A DNA stretch of 64,000 nucleotides, from NCBI GenBank assembly GCA_021824345.1, contig JAKAKW010000002.1, positions 22,552 through 86,551 of the forward strand, given 5' to 3'. The position numbers and the translations under genes are program-made. The notes beneath the pieces were generated by a model. The model was given only the letters and a program-made list of their open reading frames with translations, was not told the DNA's origin and searched no databases. This document shows, in pieces, positions 8,380-18,412 of this stretch (position 1 is its first letter; the number at the start of each line of letters is the position of its first letter). This DNA is from a bacterium. Its GTDB lineage: Bacteria; Patescibacteriota; Minisyncoccia; Phycocordibacterales; UBA9973.

Positions 8380-9468
8380 TCATACTGCTTGTTGGCTACC
8401 TTTTATTTTTTCAAACAAAGACCGTAGAAAGTTTAAATACATTTCTAATAATTTTTTATGAATATATTGAAAATCTTCTTTCAAATAAGATTCTGATAAT
8501 TTATTCTCCTTTAATACTTTTGAAAGTTTTTCCTCTGACTGAGGATGTGCGGCAATCCTTATTACTATATTATTCAAGGTCCTTAGCCCGTATAAATCTT
8601 CTCCCACCTTTATTTTTTTGGATAGAAGGTATAGATGCAATAAATTTATACTTCCAGAAAGTTCATTTAACCCATTTATTTCTTTTCTTGCCTGATCTAA
8701 AGAAAATCCATGTTTTGAGAGATCCTCAGCATTTAGATCCTGGATGAACACTCTCAAATCCATGCAACGCCCCATTAATTCTGCTAATTTAGTCGGGCCC
8801 TCAATCTGCGAAATTATTCGTTCAGAGTCTGGAAATAAAGTAAATTTAAATCGATTATCTTCCACAGCTAACAAATTTATTTTTTTTCTTAATTCTGAAA
8901 TCTCTTTTACAATTTCAGTATTGTTGTATTTTTTTTCCTGTTCTTCTTCTTTCTCAATTTCTTTTCTCTTTATATTTTTTGAATTATTCTCTATAAGTTC
9001 TTGCGCACGATCAGAACCTTCCTTTGAAATTTTCTCTTTAATTTTTTCTATATTAGAGCCTTTCCATTTTAAAATTTCTTTTACGAATATAATCTCTGAG
9101 CTTTTACCCTTTATACTTTCGAAATTTTTTGAATAATATTCAAGCTGGTCTTTTGGATTTTCTCTAAGAAGATATTGTAACGATAGAACTCTTATGTCGC
9201 GTCTTACATTTTCGTTTTCAAATATTTCCTTCAAAAGAAAAACAATTTTGTTTAAGGATTTTGTTCTTAACATATATCCTAACAATGTGGTAATAATAGA
9301 TTCATTGGGGTCTGACGAATTCAATTCTTTTAGAGTCAAAGTGAATACTCTATCTGAAATGAAGTGTTCTTCCAAATTGTTTTCATTTAGAAACTCCACA
9401 GCATAAGAAAAATTAATGTCCCTTGTCTCTTGTTTTGAAAGGATTTCGCGGAAAGCCAAGCAGAGCAA
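8380..9468 (-). CDS. hypothetical protein, Lys/Glu-rich coiled-coil
   Basis: 362-aa ORF, AT-rich, no recognised motifs. Confidence 0.35.
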   Translation of the reverse strand: MLCLAFREILSKQETRDINFSYAVEFLNENNLEEHFISDRVFTLTLKELNSSDPNESIITTLLGYMLRTKSLNKIVFLLKEIFENENVRRDIRVLSLQYLLRENPKDQLEYYSKNFESIKGKSSEIIFVKEILKWKGSNIEKIKEKISKEGSDRAQELIENNSKNIKRKEIEKEEEQEKKYNNTEIVKEISELRKKINLLAVEDNRFKFTLFPDSERIISQIEGPTKLAELMGRCMDLRVFIQDLNAEDLSKHGFSLDQARKEINGLNELSGSINLLHLYLLSKKIKVGEDLYGLRTLNNIVIRIAAHPQSEEKLSKVLKENKLSESYLKEDFQYIHKKLLEMYLNFLRSLFEKIKGSQQAV

Positions 9469-9623
9469 TCAAAGTACGAGGTCAGCTGCGGCATCGCAAC
9501 CCCCAACCTGACTCAAGCGGAGAAGAAAGTTGAGAATTCTAGCCAATAAAATTGTAATTACCTACGCAATTTCAAAAAGGGAATACCAATCTAATAATAT
9601 TGATTCAAGACAATCACAAAACT

Positions 9624-11255
9624 TTATTCCATGATTTGGCCATCCCCGTCGTCAAGTTTGAATAAAAATTTCTGATTTTTTTTATCGAATGTAACGACCG
9701 GAAGGAGAACTTCCTCGAAGGTTGTTTTTTTATCTGCCATGAGTTCCCCGCTCAAAATTTTTGGTTTTATATCCTTGTAAAGAAATTCGATCATCTTTTT
9801 TCTTTCCTTACCTACTATACTTACTTCAGTCCCGTTAACCTTAAATCCAATGATATACAAATATACCTTCAAGACTGAAGGGAAAAATCCTTTTACATTA
9901 GACATAAAATCACCATTTATTTTTTCCCAGATTAGACCTATGATGGTTTCTGATAGTTTTTCAAATCCAGAAGTAAGGGAATGGAGTGGAATCGTCTCTC
10001 CCACAGTTTCCATTGCTAATATTCTTATTTTCCCATTGTATTCTTCCTTTACCTGGGCTAGGGATTCAATAAAACCACAAACAGTTTTTGCATAGGCAAA
10101 ATTTATGCTTGAACGGAATTCGTTGTCTTTTTTAACTTCCGTTTCATATATAGAGGCCTGTTTCCTCTTTAATGCTTCTTTATATTCTCGTATATAAGTA
10201 TGACCAAGAAAAAAACTTATTGTCTGGAGCCGAGATACAGCTTCTTTATGTTTGTTTTTTTCTTTACTTGAAAAAGCAAGTGACTGCGAGTAATCATTTA
10301 GTTTATCCAGTCCATTACAGATCTCTCTTCTCATTTCTACTGGACAATTATTTTCCCAATATCCTTTGATAGCATATTCTAAAGATTTTAAATAAACTGC
10401 CAAATATTTTTCATGTAGTCTGTCAAATTTACAGAAACTATAATCATTTCCGAATACACAAAAATTGTCTAGAAAATATGGTTCTGAAAATATTGCCTCA
10501 AAGGCATTAAGGGCTAGGGAAGTACCCCTATAATCAAGTTGACTATAAAAATATGAACTCTCTTCTCTAAACAATAATTCGATAATTCTGTCTAGTCCTA
10601 ATTGAGTATGGGCAGATGTGATTCTATATTTCTTGAATGTAGCTAGCAAATATAAAATAAAATCTATCCTCCCGGTTGCAATATATCTTGCTACTCTCTC
10701 TTCGCTTAAAATTACAGTTGTGACGGCATTGGCATAAATAGCATATTTTTCCTCATCGGAAAGGATATAATCCTTATCTCTTTGAAAAGGTATTGAGCTG
10801 ATACCAGCCAGTGCCTTCGTTATATTTTCAAGGTTGGCTCCCAGAATATCAATACAGACATCGATGTTATCAATTTTAGGTTTAGTTATTTCTCGTAGAA
10901 TAATGTTATAAAACTTTTCTGCACGCCTCTTGTTGAATAGCCCCTTCTTTCTTTTTCCGAAAAGTAGCAAACTTAATGGGGCAAAAATAAAACATAAGTA
11001 TCCTAAGAACTGCCAAAGAAATGTATTGTTCAAAAAAGAAAGGGGTAAACTAAAGAATTTTTGTTGGATAGTGATAGCAATGGCTATAGATACAAGCCCC
11101 CCAACACCCATGTACCATATTAAGTTTCTTTGCCATGAATCTCTAATTTTCAAAACAATGTCCCAAGATTTGTCTTTGAGTTGAAATACGGCAAAAATTA
11201 AACCGAAGGCGGCTACGGCCTCACCTAAAGAAAAATGTATTATGTTATCTGCCAT
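9624..11255 (-). CDS. membrane protein (N-terminal TM helices plus large cytoplasmic domain), last gene of the type I R-M operon
   Basis: Hydrophobic N-terminal 100 aa. Starts 43 bp downstream of the hsdR stop on the same strand. Confidence 0.45.
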   Translation of the reverse strand: MADNIIHFSLGEAVAAFGLIFAVFQLKDKSWDIVLKIRDSWQRNLIWYMGVGGLVSIAIAITIQQKFFSLPLSFLNNTFLWQFLGYLCFIFAPLSLLLFGKRKKGLFNKRRAEKFYNIILREITKPKIDNIDVCIDILGANLENITKALAGISSIPFQRDKDYILSDEEKYAIYANAVTTVILSEERVARYIATGRIDFILYLLATFKKYRITSAHTQLGLDRIIELLFREESSYFYSQLDYRGTSLALNAFEAIFSEPYFLDNFCVFGNDYSFCKFDRLHEKYLAVYLKSLEYAIKGYWENNCPVEMRREICNGLDKLNDYSQSLAFSSKEKNKHKEAVSRLQTISFFLGHTYIREYKEALKRKQASIYETEVKKDNEFRSSINFAYAKTVCGFIESLAQVKEEYNGKIRILAMETVGETIPLHSLTSGFEKLSETIIGLIWEKINGDFMSNVKGFFPSVLKVYLYIIGFKVNGTEVSIVGKERKKMIEFLYKDIKPKILSGELMADKKTTFEEVLLPVVTFDKKNQKFLFKLDDGDGQIME

Positions 11256-11298
11256 TTCTTATAATAAACTCAACTAGAAATATCCTAATAACGAAATG

Positions 11299-13755
11299 TT
11301 AATTCACTAAAGCATATACCTTTTCTTTTAAACCCAGCACGAACCCGAAAAGCCCTCCGGGGTACTTGGCCTGGATGGCTTCCTTTTTTGCGTTCATATT
11401 AGGCAATAGGAATGCTTGCGACGATAGATTTTCCTCACCACTGGTTTTGTACTTCTCCATAATGTCACGAATGGCTTCGCCGATTTCCTTGCCATATTGG
11501 TCAAGTGTTTGAGTATTTGCGCGCATGAATTGTTTAACTCGGTCCTCACGAGTCAGAAGGGGAGCGTCAAATGCTATATGCGCTATAACGTCGAAAGCGT
11601 CACTATCCTCTAAGTTCTCTATGGATTTGATTAGTGGAATGTTCACGTGTTTAGTTTCTAGGTCGGTTATGAGTAGTTCGCGTTTCTCTGGGTCAAGCCA
11701 TATTTTACGGAGTTCATCAGTGGTGTGTACCATTTCGGTTATCCTTTCACCGGAATACTTGCGATACTCTGCTTTTGAGAGCTTGATGCCGTCGAATTCT
11801 ATCTCAACCTCCTCATCAATACTCACCTCAATGCCTTTGACTATAATTTTCTTAGGAGTACCCTTGAGCGGCTTCAGGCGGAATTCATAGGGTGTTTCTG
11901 CTTCTGATTCATGCGGTTCAAGACGCTTGCTCAAATTTTTGTAATCGGCGTGCTCAATTTGTACAGACACTTCACCATTTGTCGGCAAACCGAATATCCT
12001 AAATAGACCGTCGTTGTCGGTTTTACCGATCTTCTCCCAGCGCCCGAGCTTAACTTTCACCACAGCGCTTGCCACATGCTCTTCTGTCTTGTTATTGACC
12101 ACTACACCTGTGATTAGTTTATCAAAAGGCGGTATCGGTTCTTCTGGGGTCGTAGGAGGCACTGGCGGTTGAGGAGCTACGTCCCACTCGTCCAGGAGCC
12201 GGGTAGCGTTTGTAAAATCAATAACGCGGAAGAAACCCTTACCTTCAGAAAGACGAGAACCTCGTCCTAATATCTGTTTAAACAGCACCCGTGAAGCTAT
12301 AGGACGCATAAAGACGATATTTTGTACGTGGGGGATGTCTACCCCAGTAGAAAGCAAATCTACTGTTGTTGCAACGACTGGTAAGGTACGTTCTTTGTCT
12401 CGAAAGGCAGTTAAGTCATCTTTGTCCTCAGCTACAATACGGGTAGCGTAGTCCTCGCGTCCCTTTAGTTCGTTTAATTTATCTTGTACCGCCTGTGCGT
12501 GTGCCATATCAACACAGAAAACGATAGTTTTTCCATAAGGGTTTGTTTCGTCAATCAGCTCAACCACCTTTTTTGCCAGCAGACCTATTTGCTCGGGAAT
12601 AGTGACGGCGCGTTCGTATTCTGATGGTTCGTAGAAATCTTTAATATCTTCTGGTTCAACTTCATCGTCGTATATAATTTCTTCTGCTGCGGCGACGGAG
12701 AGCCCTTTACGGTACAGATTCGTAGTGACCTTGTAGATTTTGTACGGTACGAGATAGCCGTCTTCAATAGCTTGCCCTAGGGAATACTGGAATACCGGTT
12801 CACCGAAGTATTCGTATACGTCAATATTGTCTTCCCGGCGTGGAGTTGCTGTCATGCCGAAGTGTACAGCAGAAGTGAAGTGATCAAGAATTTCTCCCCA
12901 GTCACCAAATCGCGAGCGGTGACATTCATCAATGACAATCAGATCAAAAAAGTCAGCTGGTATCTGCTTGTAGAGATCATTCGCGAAGAGCGTCTGGTAT
13001 GTTGAGAAATAAACGTCCCGGTTGCGATTGAAGTCACCACCTTCTATCTTTGCGCGGCCTTCGCCAAATGGTTCAAAATCTCGGCTATAGGCATCATCGC
13101 GCAGAATTATACGGTCACAAAGAAAAAGGATACGATGCATCGTTTTTGATTTCATCAATTTCCAAACAATTTGAAAGGCAGTGAATGTTTTACCAGTGCC
13201 GGTGGCCATTGTAAGAAGTGTTGTACGATTTCCTTTGATAATGTTTCTAACTACTGCATTGATCGCGGTTTCTTGATATGAACGCGGGCGCTTGGTACCA
13301 CTAATGTGAAGCGGATATTCGAGTGCAGACAACTTAGCATTTTCTAACCCTTTCCATTCTATGTATGCTTTATACATATCTTCAGGCGATAGGAAAGAAG
13401 AAACTGACTCTGGCGCTTTATTTGTGCGCCGATCATATAGGTATGAGGACTTGCCGTTAGATATATAGGCAAATGGTACGTCAAGACGCTCAGCATAATT
13501 TTGCACCTGTTTAATATGTTTCATCAAGTCCTCGTCCTCTGCTTTTGCTTCAAGCACTGCTACTGTAACTTGGTTGAACTGGACCACATAATCAGCAAAG
13601 AGCGAAGTCGGAAGACGTTTATATTCTTCTCCTTCAACGTAAAAACGATCGTCAGAAATAGGGTAGTTGCGAAGAATATATTCCTCTTTCCACCCTGCCT
13701 CGTGTATTTTGGGATCTATTATTTTGACTCTTGTGTCGTCCTCTGAAAAGGTCAT
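11299..13755 (-). CDS. hsdR: type I restriction enzyme R subunit (HsdR) with a C-terminal extension
   Basis: N-terminal PD-(D/E)xK (ADYVV...LEAKA). Helicase motifs TGTGKT and DECH. C-terminal region has a transthyretin/CarbopepD-reg-like segment (TDNDGLFRIFGLPTNGEVSVQ) and an EcoEI_R_C-like tail. Confidence 0.85.
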   Translation of the reverse strand: MTFSEDDTRVKIIDPKIHEAGWKEEYILRNYPISDDRFYVEGEEYKRLPTSLFADYVVQFNQVTVAVLEAKAEDEDLMKHIKQVQNYAERLDVPFAYISNGKSSYLYDRRTNKAPESVSSFLSPEDMYKAYIEWKGLENAKLSALEYPLHISGTKRPRSYQETAINAVVRNIIKGNRTTLLTMATGTGKTFTAFQIVWKLMKSKTMHRILFLCDRIILRDDAYSRDFEPFGEGRAKIEGGDFNRNRDVYFSTYQTLFANDLYKQIPADFFDLIVIDECHRSRFGDWGEILDHFTSAVHFGMTATPRREDNIDVYEYFGEPVFQYSLGQAIEDGYLVPYKIYKVTTNLYRKGLSVAAAEEIIYDDEVEPEDIKDFYEPSEYERAVTIPEQIGLLAKKVVELIDETNPYGKTIVFCVDMAHAQAVQDKLNELKGREDYATRIVAEDKDDLTAFRDKERTLPVVATTVDLLSTGVDIPHVQNIVFMRPIASRVLFKQILGRGSRLSEGKGFFRVIDFTNATRLLDEWDVAPQPPVPPTTPEEPIPPFDKLITGVVVNNKTEEHVASAVVKVKLGRWEKIGKTDNDGLFRIFGLPTNGEVSVQIEHADYKNLSKRLEPHESEAETPYEFRLKPLKGTPKKIIVKGIEVSIDEEVEIEFDGIKLSKAEYRKYSGERITEMVHTTDELRKIWLDPEKRELLITDLETKHVNIPLIKSIENLEDSDAFDVIAHIAFDAPLLTREDRVKQFMRANTQTLDQYGKEIGEAIRDIMEKYKTSGEENLSSQAFLLPNMNAKKEAIQAKYPGGLFGFVLGLKEKVYALVN

Positions 13756-13775
13756 ATTTTTATAAATTGCTATTT

Positions 13776-14456
13776 CTATCCTTCGCTTGGTTTTTTCTTT
13801 GATTCAGCGAGTGCTTTTAATTTTTCTGAACGAGTGCGCCGGTTTTCTCGATCAACATACCAGTCATCCACTAATTGTTCAATTAGGCCAATTAGAAGCT
13901 GGGCTTCTTCTGGCTCAACTTCAATGATGACGTTTATATCTTTTTCCATGTGTGCTCCAATATTCCCTACGCTTCTCACAGCATCAATACTAGTCCATGT
14001 GTCCGGATCAACTTTTTCTTCCAGAGCGTCAATCTCATCTTTCAAACGTGCCATTTTAATGTTCCAGAAGTCGCGTATCATCCCCTGGAGACATCGTCGT
14101 GCAAGCGTAGCCGATGCCTTTGGGCTTAGATCACGTATACGGCACGCTTCGTAGTAATTTTCTTGTATAGGTTTCGGTATATACTCTGGAAGTACTTTTG
14201 CCTCTGACTCCGGGAGTAAGCGCCACGTCTTTAGAGCTGCAGATTTTTTCCATTCACCATATTGCCAATAGGTACCGGTAAGCTCTGCAACAAGTGTTAG
14301 CTGTTGGCATTCTTTGTTAGGGCAAGTGACAGCAGAAATTCCGAAGCCAATATCCCCAAGGGTAGGTTTGGATATATTAATCTTATACCACATCGAATCT
14401 CGATTGGGATCAGTGATTGTTGTATGTCTTCCGCAAAATGGGCAAGTGTAGTTCAT
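13776..14456 (-). CDS. DUF4145-like protein with an N-terminal zinc ribbon, common in type I R-M loci
   Basis: CPFCG...CPNKEC zinc ribbon. Helical C-terminal domain with ARRCLQGMIRD. Confidence 0.5.
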   Translation of the reverse strand: MNYTCPFCGRHTTITDPNRDSMWYKINISKPTLGDIGFGISAVTCPNKECQQLTLVAELTGTYWQYGEWKKSAALKTWRLLPESEAKVLPEYIPKPIQENYYEACRIRDLSPKASATLARRCLQGMIRDFWNIKMARLKDEIDALEEKVDPDTWTSIDAVRSVGNIGAHMEKDINVIIEVEPEEAQLLIGLIEQLVDDWYVDRENRRTRSEKLKALAESKKKPSEG

Positions 14457-14467
14457 GAATAAATTTA

Positions 14468-16735
14468 TTATTTAATAAATGCTTGGCCTAGCACTGATGG
14501 ACGAAACCTAGCAAAATACTTTGCTTGTTTTGAAAACAATTCCCCTAACTCCTTGGACATGTCAAACATCTTGTCCAGAGTGTTTGCAATATACTTTTGT
14601 TTTTCAACGTCAAGTTTTCCATCCTTAAATGGAATTGGTATCTCAACTTTTCCAAGATTAGTGCGGCTAATTCTCTTTCGTGAAGAACCTGTGACCATTT
14701 GGTATACCTGAGATCGTGCATCATCTGAGTTTAGGAAGTAGTTAATGTAACGTGGGTCATAATCTTGTCCCAAGCGGACGATAGTACAATCAACCGCTGT
14801 GAGCATACGATGCCCTGTTTTTGGTACGATACATGATCGTCCGACCGGGTCAGGGAGTCGAGATACAAGAATATCTCCAGGCAAAATCTCTGTACAGTGT
14901 AAGCGCTGAAAAGTTTGCTCATTTACAAAACGCTTAGTTTCCTTATCTCGAAAGTCAATCACTCCTATGTTTCCGGTCTGTACCAGCCAATACCCTTGAG
15001 AAGATTGATCTTTACTCTCAATCCAGTTGCCGTCGTTGAAGAATGTACAAATGTCTGCAAGTGCAAAGCGTTCAACATCAGTATTGGAAAATGTTCTTTC
15101 TAATTCACTCTTAAGTGATGCTAATATTAATTTAATTTCTTTCTGCTTATCCTCTATTTTTATAATGATTTCAGCAGGCGGTAAGAGTACTTCATTCTCA
15201 ACACTACTAGGGTTCTTGGGTGAAATATCCCAGCCGTGCTCCTTTATGGTATCCACTGAAACGATCCACGATGTGTTAGATACCTCGCGACGTTTCCATT
15301 TCTCGAATATATCTTGTAAGTGCTCATCCTGTACCGTCTTCTTTTTCGTAAATTTACCTTGTACTTCGCCGTACCATATTTCCTTTGTCGCGCCTGTTTT
15401 CTCAAAGAAGACAAGGTTCGTTTTTACGCCCGCGCCCATCTGTGAGAATGTACCTTGCGGAAGTGAAATTATAGCGGAAACATTGAATTTTGTTAGAAGT
15501 TCTTCACGAATACGAGCCGTTGCGCCACCTCCGAACATAATGTTTCCTTCAGGTAAAATAATGCCACAGCGCCCTCCATTTTTAAGGCGTTTCATCACAT
15601 ATTGCAACGCAAGACCTTCAGTTGCCCCTATTTGGATAGGATAGTTGTTTTGTACTGCTTTTGATTCTTCCGCACCGAACGGTGGATTGGTAAGAATTAC
15701 ATCAACTTTCTCGCTTTCCGGCATATTATGCACGTCTTCCATGAATGTGTTGGTGCGTGTAAGGTTTGGAACGAGTATGTGATGGAGAATAAGGTTCATC
15801 GTACCTATGAGAAACGGTAGCGGTTTCTTTTCCTGCCCATATAGGGTGGAAGTTTGGAGAGTATTCCATGCACGCACGTCTTTCGCAGAGTTCTCGAACA
15901 TGTGGTTAAAACTCTCAACGAGGAAACCGCCAGAGCCAACAAATGGGTCCAGAACTGTTTCGCCTAACTTTGGGTTGACGATGCTTACCATAAGGCGTAT
16001 AAGCGGTCTTGGACTATAAAACTCTCCGGACCAGCCGCCCTCGCTACCCATCGCCTGCAGTATTTCTTCGTATACCTGTGAGAGCAGGTTTGTGTCTTGA
16101 AAATGATGCTTCTCTATTTTATCTAGCACATCGATAACATCCAACAAGTTGTGAGCAGAACGGACACGATTGCCCGGCAGTTCGCGAAAAATCTCTCCGA
16201 TTTTATCTCGGCGTGGATCTCCTTTCAGTGCTTGAAGATAAGGGAAGAGTTTTTGGTTTACAAAATGCATTAATTCATCCTTATCTTTCCAATCTTTCTT
16301 CGCCCATGCTGACCACTGGTACTCTGCATCGATGACCGGCTTGTACTTACGGCCTTCTGCCTCCTCGAGTTCTTTTAGTTGCGTCTCAACGCCTTCAAAT
16401 ATTTTTAGGAAGAGGATCCACGAGAACTGCTCGATATAATCCTTTGCCCCTACACCATCGTCACGACGAAGAATATCGCAAACATGCTTAATGTCCGCCT
16501 TTGTTAAACTCTCACGTTTAGAAACCATTTCTTTCTCTACTTTATGCGCCATCTCTGGGATTTTACCTTCAACGAATGTTTTTAGATCGCTTGTGGAAAT
16601 GCGCCATGTCCCCCCTACCTTCTTCGCAGATAGTTTTTTATTGTGAATGTAACGGAAAGCAGTCCGCTCACTCACGTGGAGCATATCTGCAACTTCTTCC
16701 AAGGTATAAAGGCGATCAGATGTATCTTTTGTCAT
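14468..16735 (-). CDS. hsdM: type I R-M HsdM N6-adenine methyltransferase fused to a single HsdS target-recognition domain; N-terminal excisionase/MerR-like HTH
   Basis: Motif I DPFVGSGGFL and motif IV NPPFG. C-terminal Methylase_S-like TRD. N-terminal LYTLEEVADMLHVSERTAFRYI HTH. Start probably MTKDTS at 16735; the ORF is open up to 16795. Confidence 0.8.
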   Translation of the reverse strand: MTKDTSDRLYTLEEVADMLHVSERTAFRYIHNKKLSAKKVGGTWRISTSDLKTFVEGKIPEMAHKVEKEMVSKRESLTKADIKHVCDILRRDDGVGAKDYIEQFSWILFLKIFEGVETQLKELEEAEGRKYKPVIDAEYQWSAWAKKDWKDKDELMHFVNQKLFPYLQALKGDPRRDKIGEIFRELPGNRVRSAHNLLDVIDVLDKIEKHHFQDTNLLSQVYEEILQAMGSEGGWSGEFYSPRPLIRLMVSIVNPKLGETVLDPFVGSGGFLVESFNHMFENSAKDVRAWNTLQTSTLYGQEKKPLPFLIGTMNLILHHILVPNLTRTNTFMEDVHNMPESEKVDVILTNPPFGAEESKAVQNNYPIQIGATEGLALQYVMKRLKNGGRCGIILPEGNIMFGGGATARIREELLTKFNVSAIISLPQGTFSQMGAGVKTNLVFFEKTGATKEIWYGEVQGKFTKKKTVQDEHLQDIFEKWKRREVSNTSWIVSVDTIKEHGWDISPKNPSSVENEVLLPPAEIIIKIEDKQKEIKLILASLKSELERTFSNTDVERFALADICTFFNDGNWIESKDQSSQGYWLVQTGNIGVIDFRDKETKRFVNEQTFQRLHCTEILPGDILVSRLPDPVGRSCIVPKTGHRMLTAVDCTIVRLGQDYDPRYINYFLNSDDARSQVYQMVTGSSRKRISRTNLGKVEIPIPFKDGKLDVEKQKYIANTLDKMFDMSKELGELFSKQAKYFARFRPSVLGQAFIK

Positions 16736-16851
16736 GCTGGGTATGATAGTCCAAGATAAATATTTTGTCAAGTTTTGGCAAGTATTGTAATACACTTGCC
16801 ATTTTATGACAACTTTATATTTGACATGTTCCCGTCTTTTTATTTTCTAGA

Positions 16852-17342
16852 TCTCCCGCGCGCGTAGGAAAAATCCGATTTTATCCCAGTACTATTTTTG
16901 CTTTTCTACTTTGTTACTACTAGCTATTTCTTCATTTTACCCCTATTCGGATTGAATTTTGGTTTTCGGGCAGTTTTTTCAGGTAACCCGGGGGTATTTT
17001 TTCTTGCCCTGACAGCTCTAAGACGTTCCCGGCATTCCCTGAGTTTTTATTTTCCCTCACGCGCGCGAGAAAATCCAAATCTATCACAGTCATATTTTCA
17101 GGATTTTTCTTTGTTATCATTAGGTATTTTCCCATTCTACCCCAATTGTGATTGGCAGTGCCGTTTTTTGTCTCTTTTTGGACGAAATCTTTTTTAGTTG
17201 AGTTATAATTTATAGATCACCTCGCGCGCCCGCGTGCGTAGAATAGAAATTTATGAAAGAGCTATTTTTGTGTTTTACGTTGTAATTACTAGATATTTCT
17301 CGTTTTTTGCCTATTTCAATTGAATTCTTGCAATTAAAGAGC
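16852..17342. repeat. three degenerate direct repeats of about 150-200 bp, each beginning with a CGCGCG box in otherwise AT-rich DNA
   Basis: Units begin near 16855, 17060 and 17222 (cgcgcgcgtaggaaaaatcc / cacgcgcgcgagaaaatcc / cgcgcgcccgcgtgcgtagaatagaaa) and share downstream tracts such as ctatttttg...ttactactag. Confidence 0.5.
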
Positions 17343-18281
17343 ATAACCAGGAGTTTTTGCGTAGGCCAACTGCCTCGTTCCGCCGTCCGCGAGCTCGTTC
17401 AGGGGGTGCTTGGTCATCTGCGATCGCAGGTGCTCCGCGCTGGCTGCCAGGTATATCGTGGTGGTCTTTATGTCGCTATGTCCCATCATTTTGGATAGGG
17501 AATAGATGTCGCACCCGCCCTCAAGCATCAGGGTTGCGAAAGTATGTCTCAGCTTGTGGACCGTAAACCTTATCTTCGATACCTCCCGTATTCTGTCTGT
17601 CAACACTTTCAGCCCGGAGTCTGTGAATCCCATGTTGCATCTGGATGACACGAAGAATTCCGGGCACGTTCTCCCTAGTTTTTTCCTTTCTTCCAGGTAT
17701 CTTTTCAGCGTCTGCGCCAGCGTGTAGCTCATCGGTATTATCCTATCCTTACTCCCTTTCCCTTGCCTTACGAAAATGGTCAGGTTTTCCAGGTCCACGT
17801 CCGTAAATTTAAGGTTTAGAAGCTCTTGTTTGCGCAGGCCGGCGAAGATGAAGGTAGAAAAGATCGCATGGTTGCGATAGCGCAGAAACTTTGTCCCATA
17901 AGGATAATTGTAAACAACCTCCAACAGCCGGAGCGCGTCCTGTTTGGTCAGCTTCGGCGGGAGCTTCTTCTCCAGCTTTGGCTTTTCAATGTCTATCACC
18001 GGATTCTTTTCCATGTAGCCCTGCTTTATGCACCAGCGGAAGAATACCAGCAGGGTTTTGTGGTAAATGATGAACGTATTTGTGGACCAGCTGCGCTGGA
18101 TCCGTCCGTAATAGAACAGCTCTCGCACATTCTCGTCCGTGACCTGGCTGATTTCCTTTACGCCGGCGGATCGGCAGTAATAGTTTATGATGCTCTTGTA
18201 TCTTTTAATGGTGGCTTTTGAATAGCCGCGAATGGAATCTGAATAGTCGCAAAATCTTTGCGCTAAAATTTCCATGTCCAT
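17334..18281 (-). CDS. tyrosine site-specific recombinase/integrase (XerC/XerD-like)
   Basis: R...HxLRHTFAT...Y catalytic motifs (HKLRHTFATLML, TTTIYL). Adjacent to tRNA-Lys. Confidence 0.85.
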   Translation of the reverse strand: MDMEILAQRFCDYSDSIRGYSKATIKRYKSIINYYCRSAGVKEISQVTDENVRELFYYGRIQRSWSTNTFIIYHKTLLVFFRWCIKQGYMEKNPVIDIEKPKLEKKLPPKLTKQDALRLLEVVYNYPYGTKFLRYRNHAIFSTFIFAGLRKQELLNLKFTDVDLENLTIFVRQGKGSKDRIIPMSYTLAQTLKRYLEERKKLGRTCPEFFVSSRCNMGFTDSGLKVLTDRIREVSKIRFTVHKLRHTFATLMLEGGCDIYSLSKMMGHSDIKTTTIYLAASAEHLRSQMTKHPLNELADGGTRQLAYAKTPGYAL

Positions 18282-18412
18282 ATGTTTGTTTGGCGTTCGG
18301 CGGAGCGTTTTATCCTGGAAAATTCTTTTTGGCCTCTCGACCTGTTTACTGCGGGAACTGGTCTAGGAAACAGCCCTATTTTCCAAAATACCCTTATTTA
18401 GCTTATATAATG

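Larger units (their letters stand above)
1..18412. mobile_element. putative genomic/defence island integrated at the 3' end of tRNA-Lys; left boundary is beyond the window
   Basis: GC content shifts from about 35% to about 50% near 17300. Integrase sits next to the tRNA 3' end. Cargo comprises two R-M systems and accessory genes. Confidence 0.45.
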
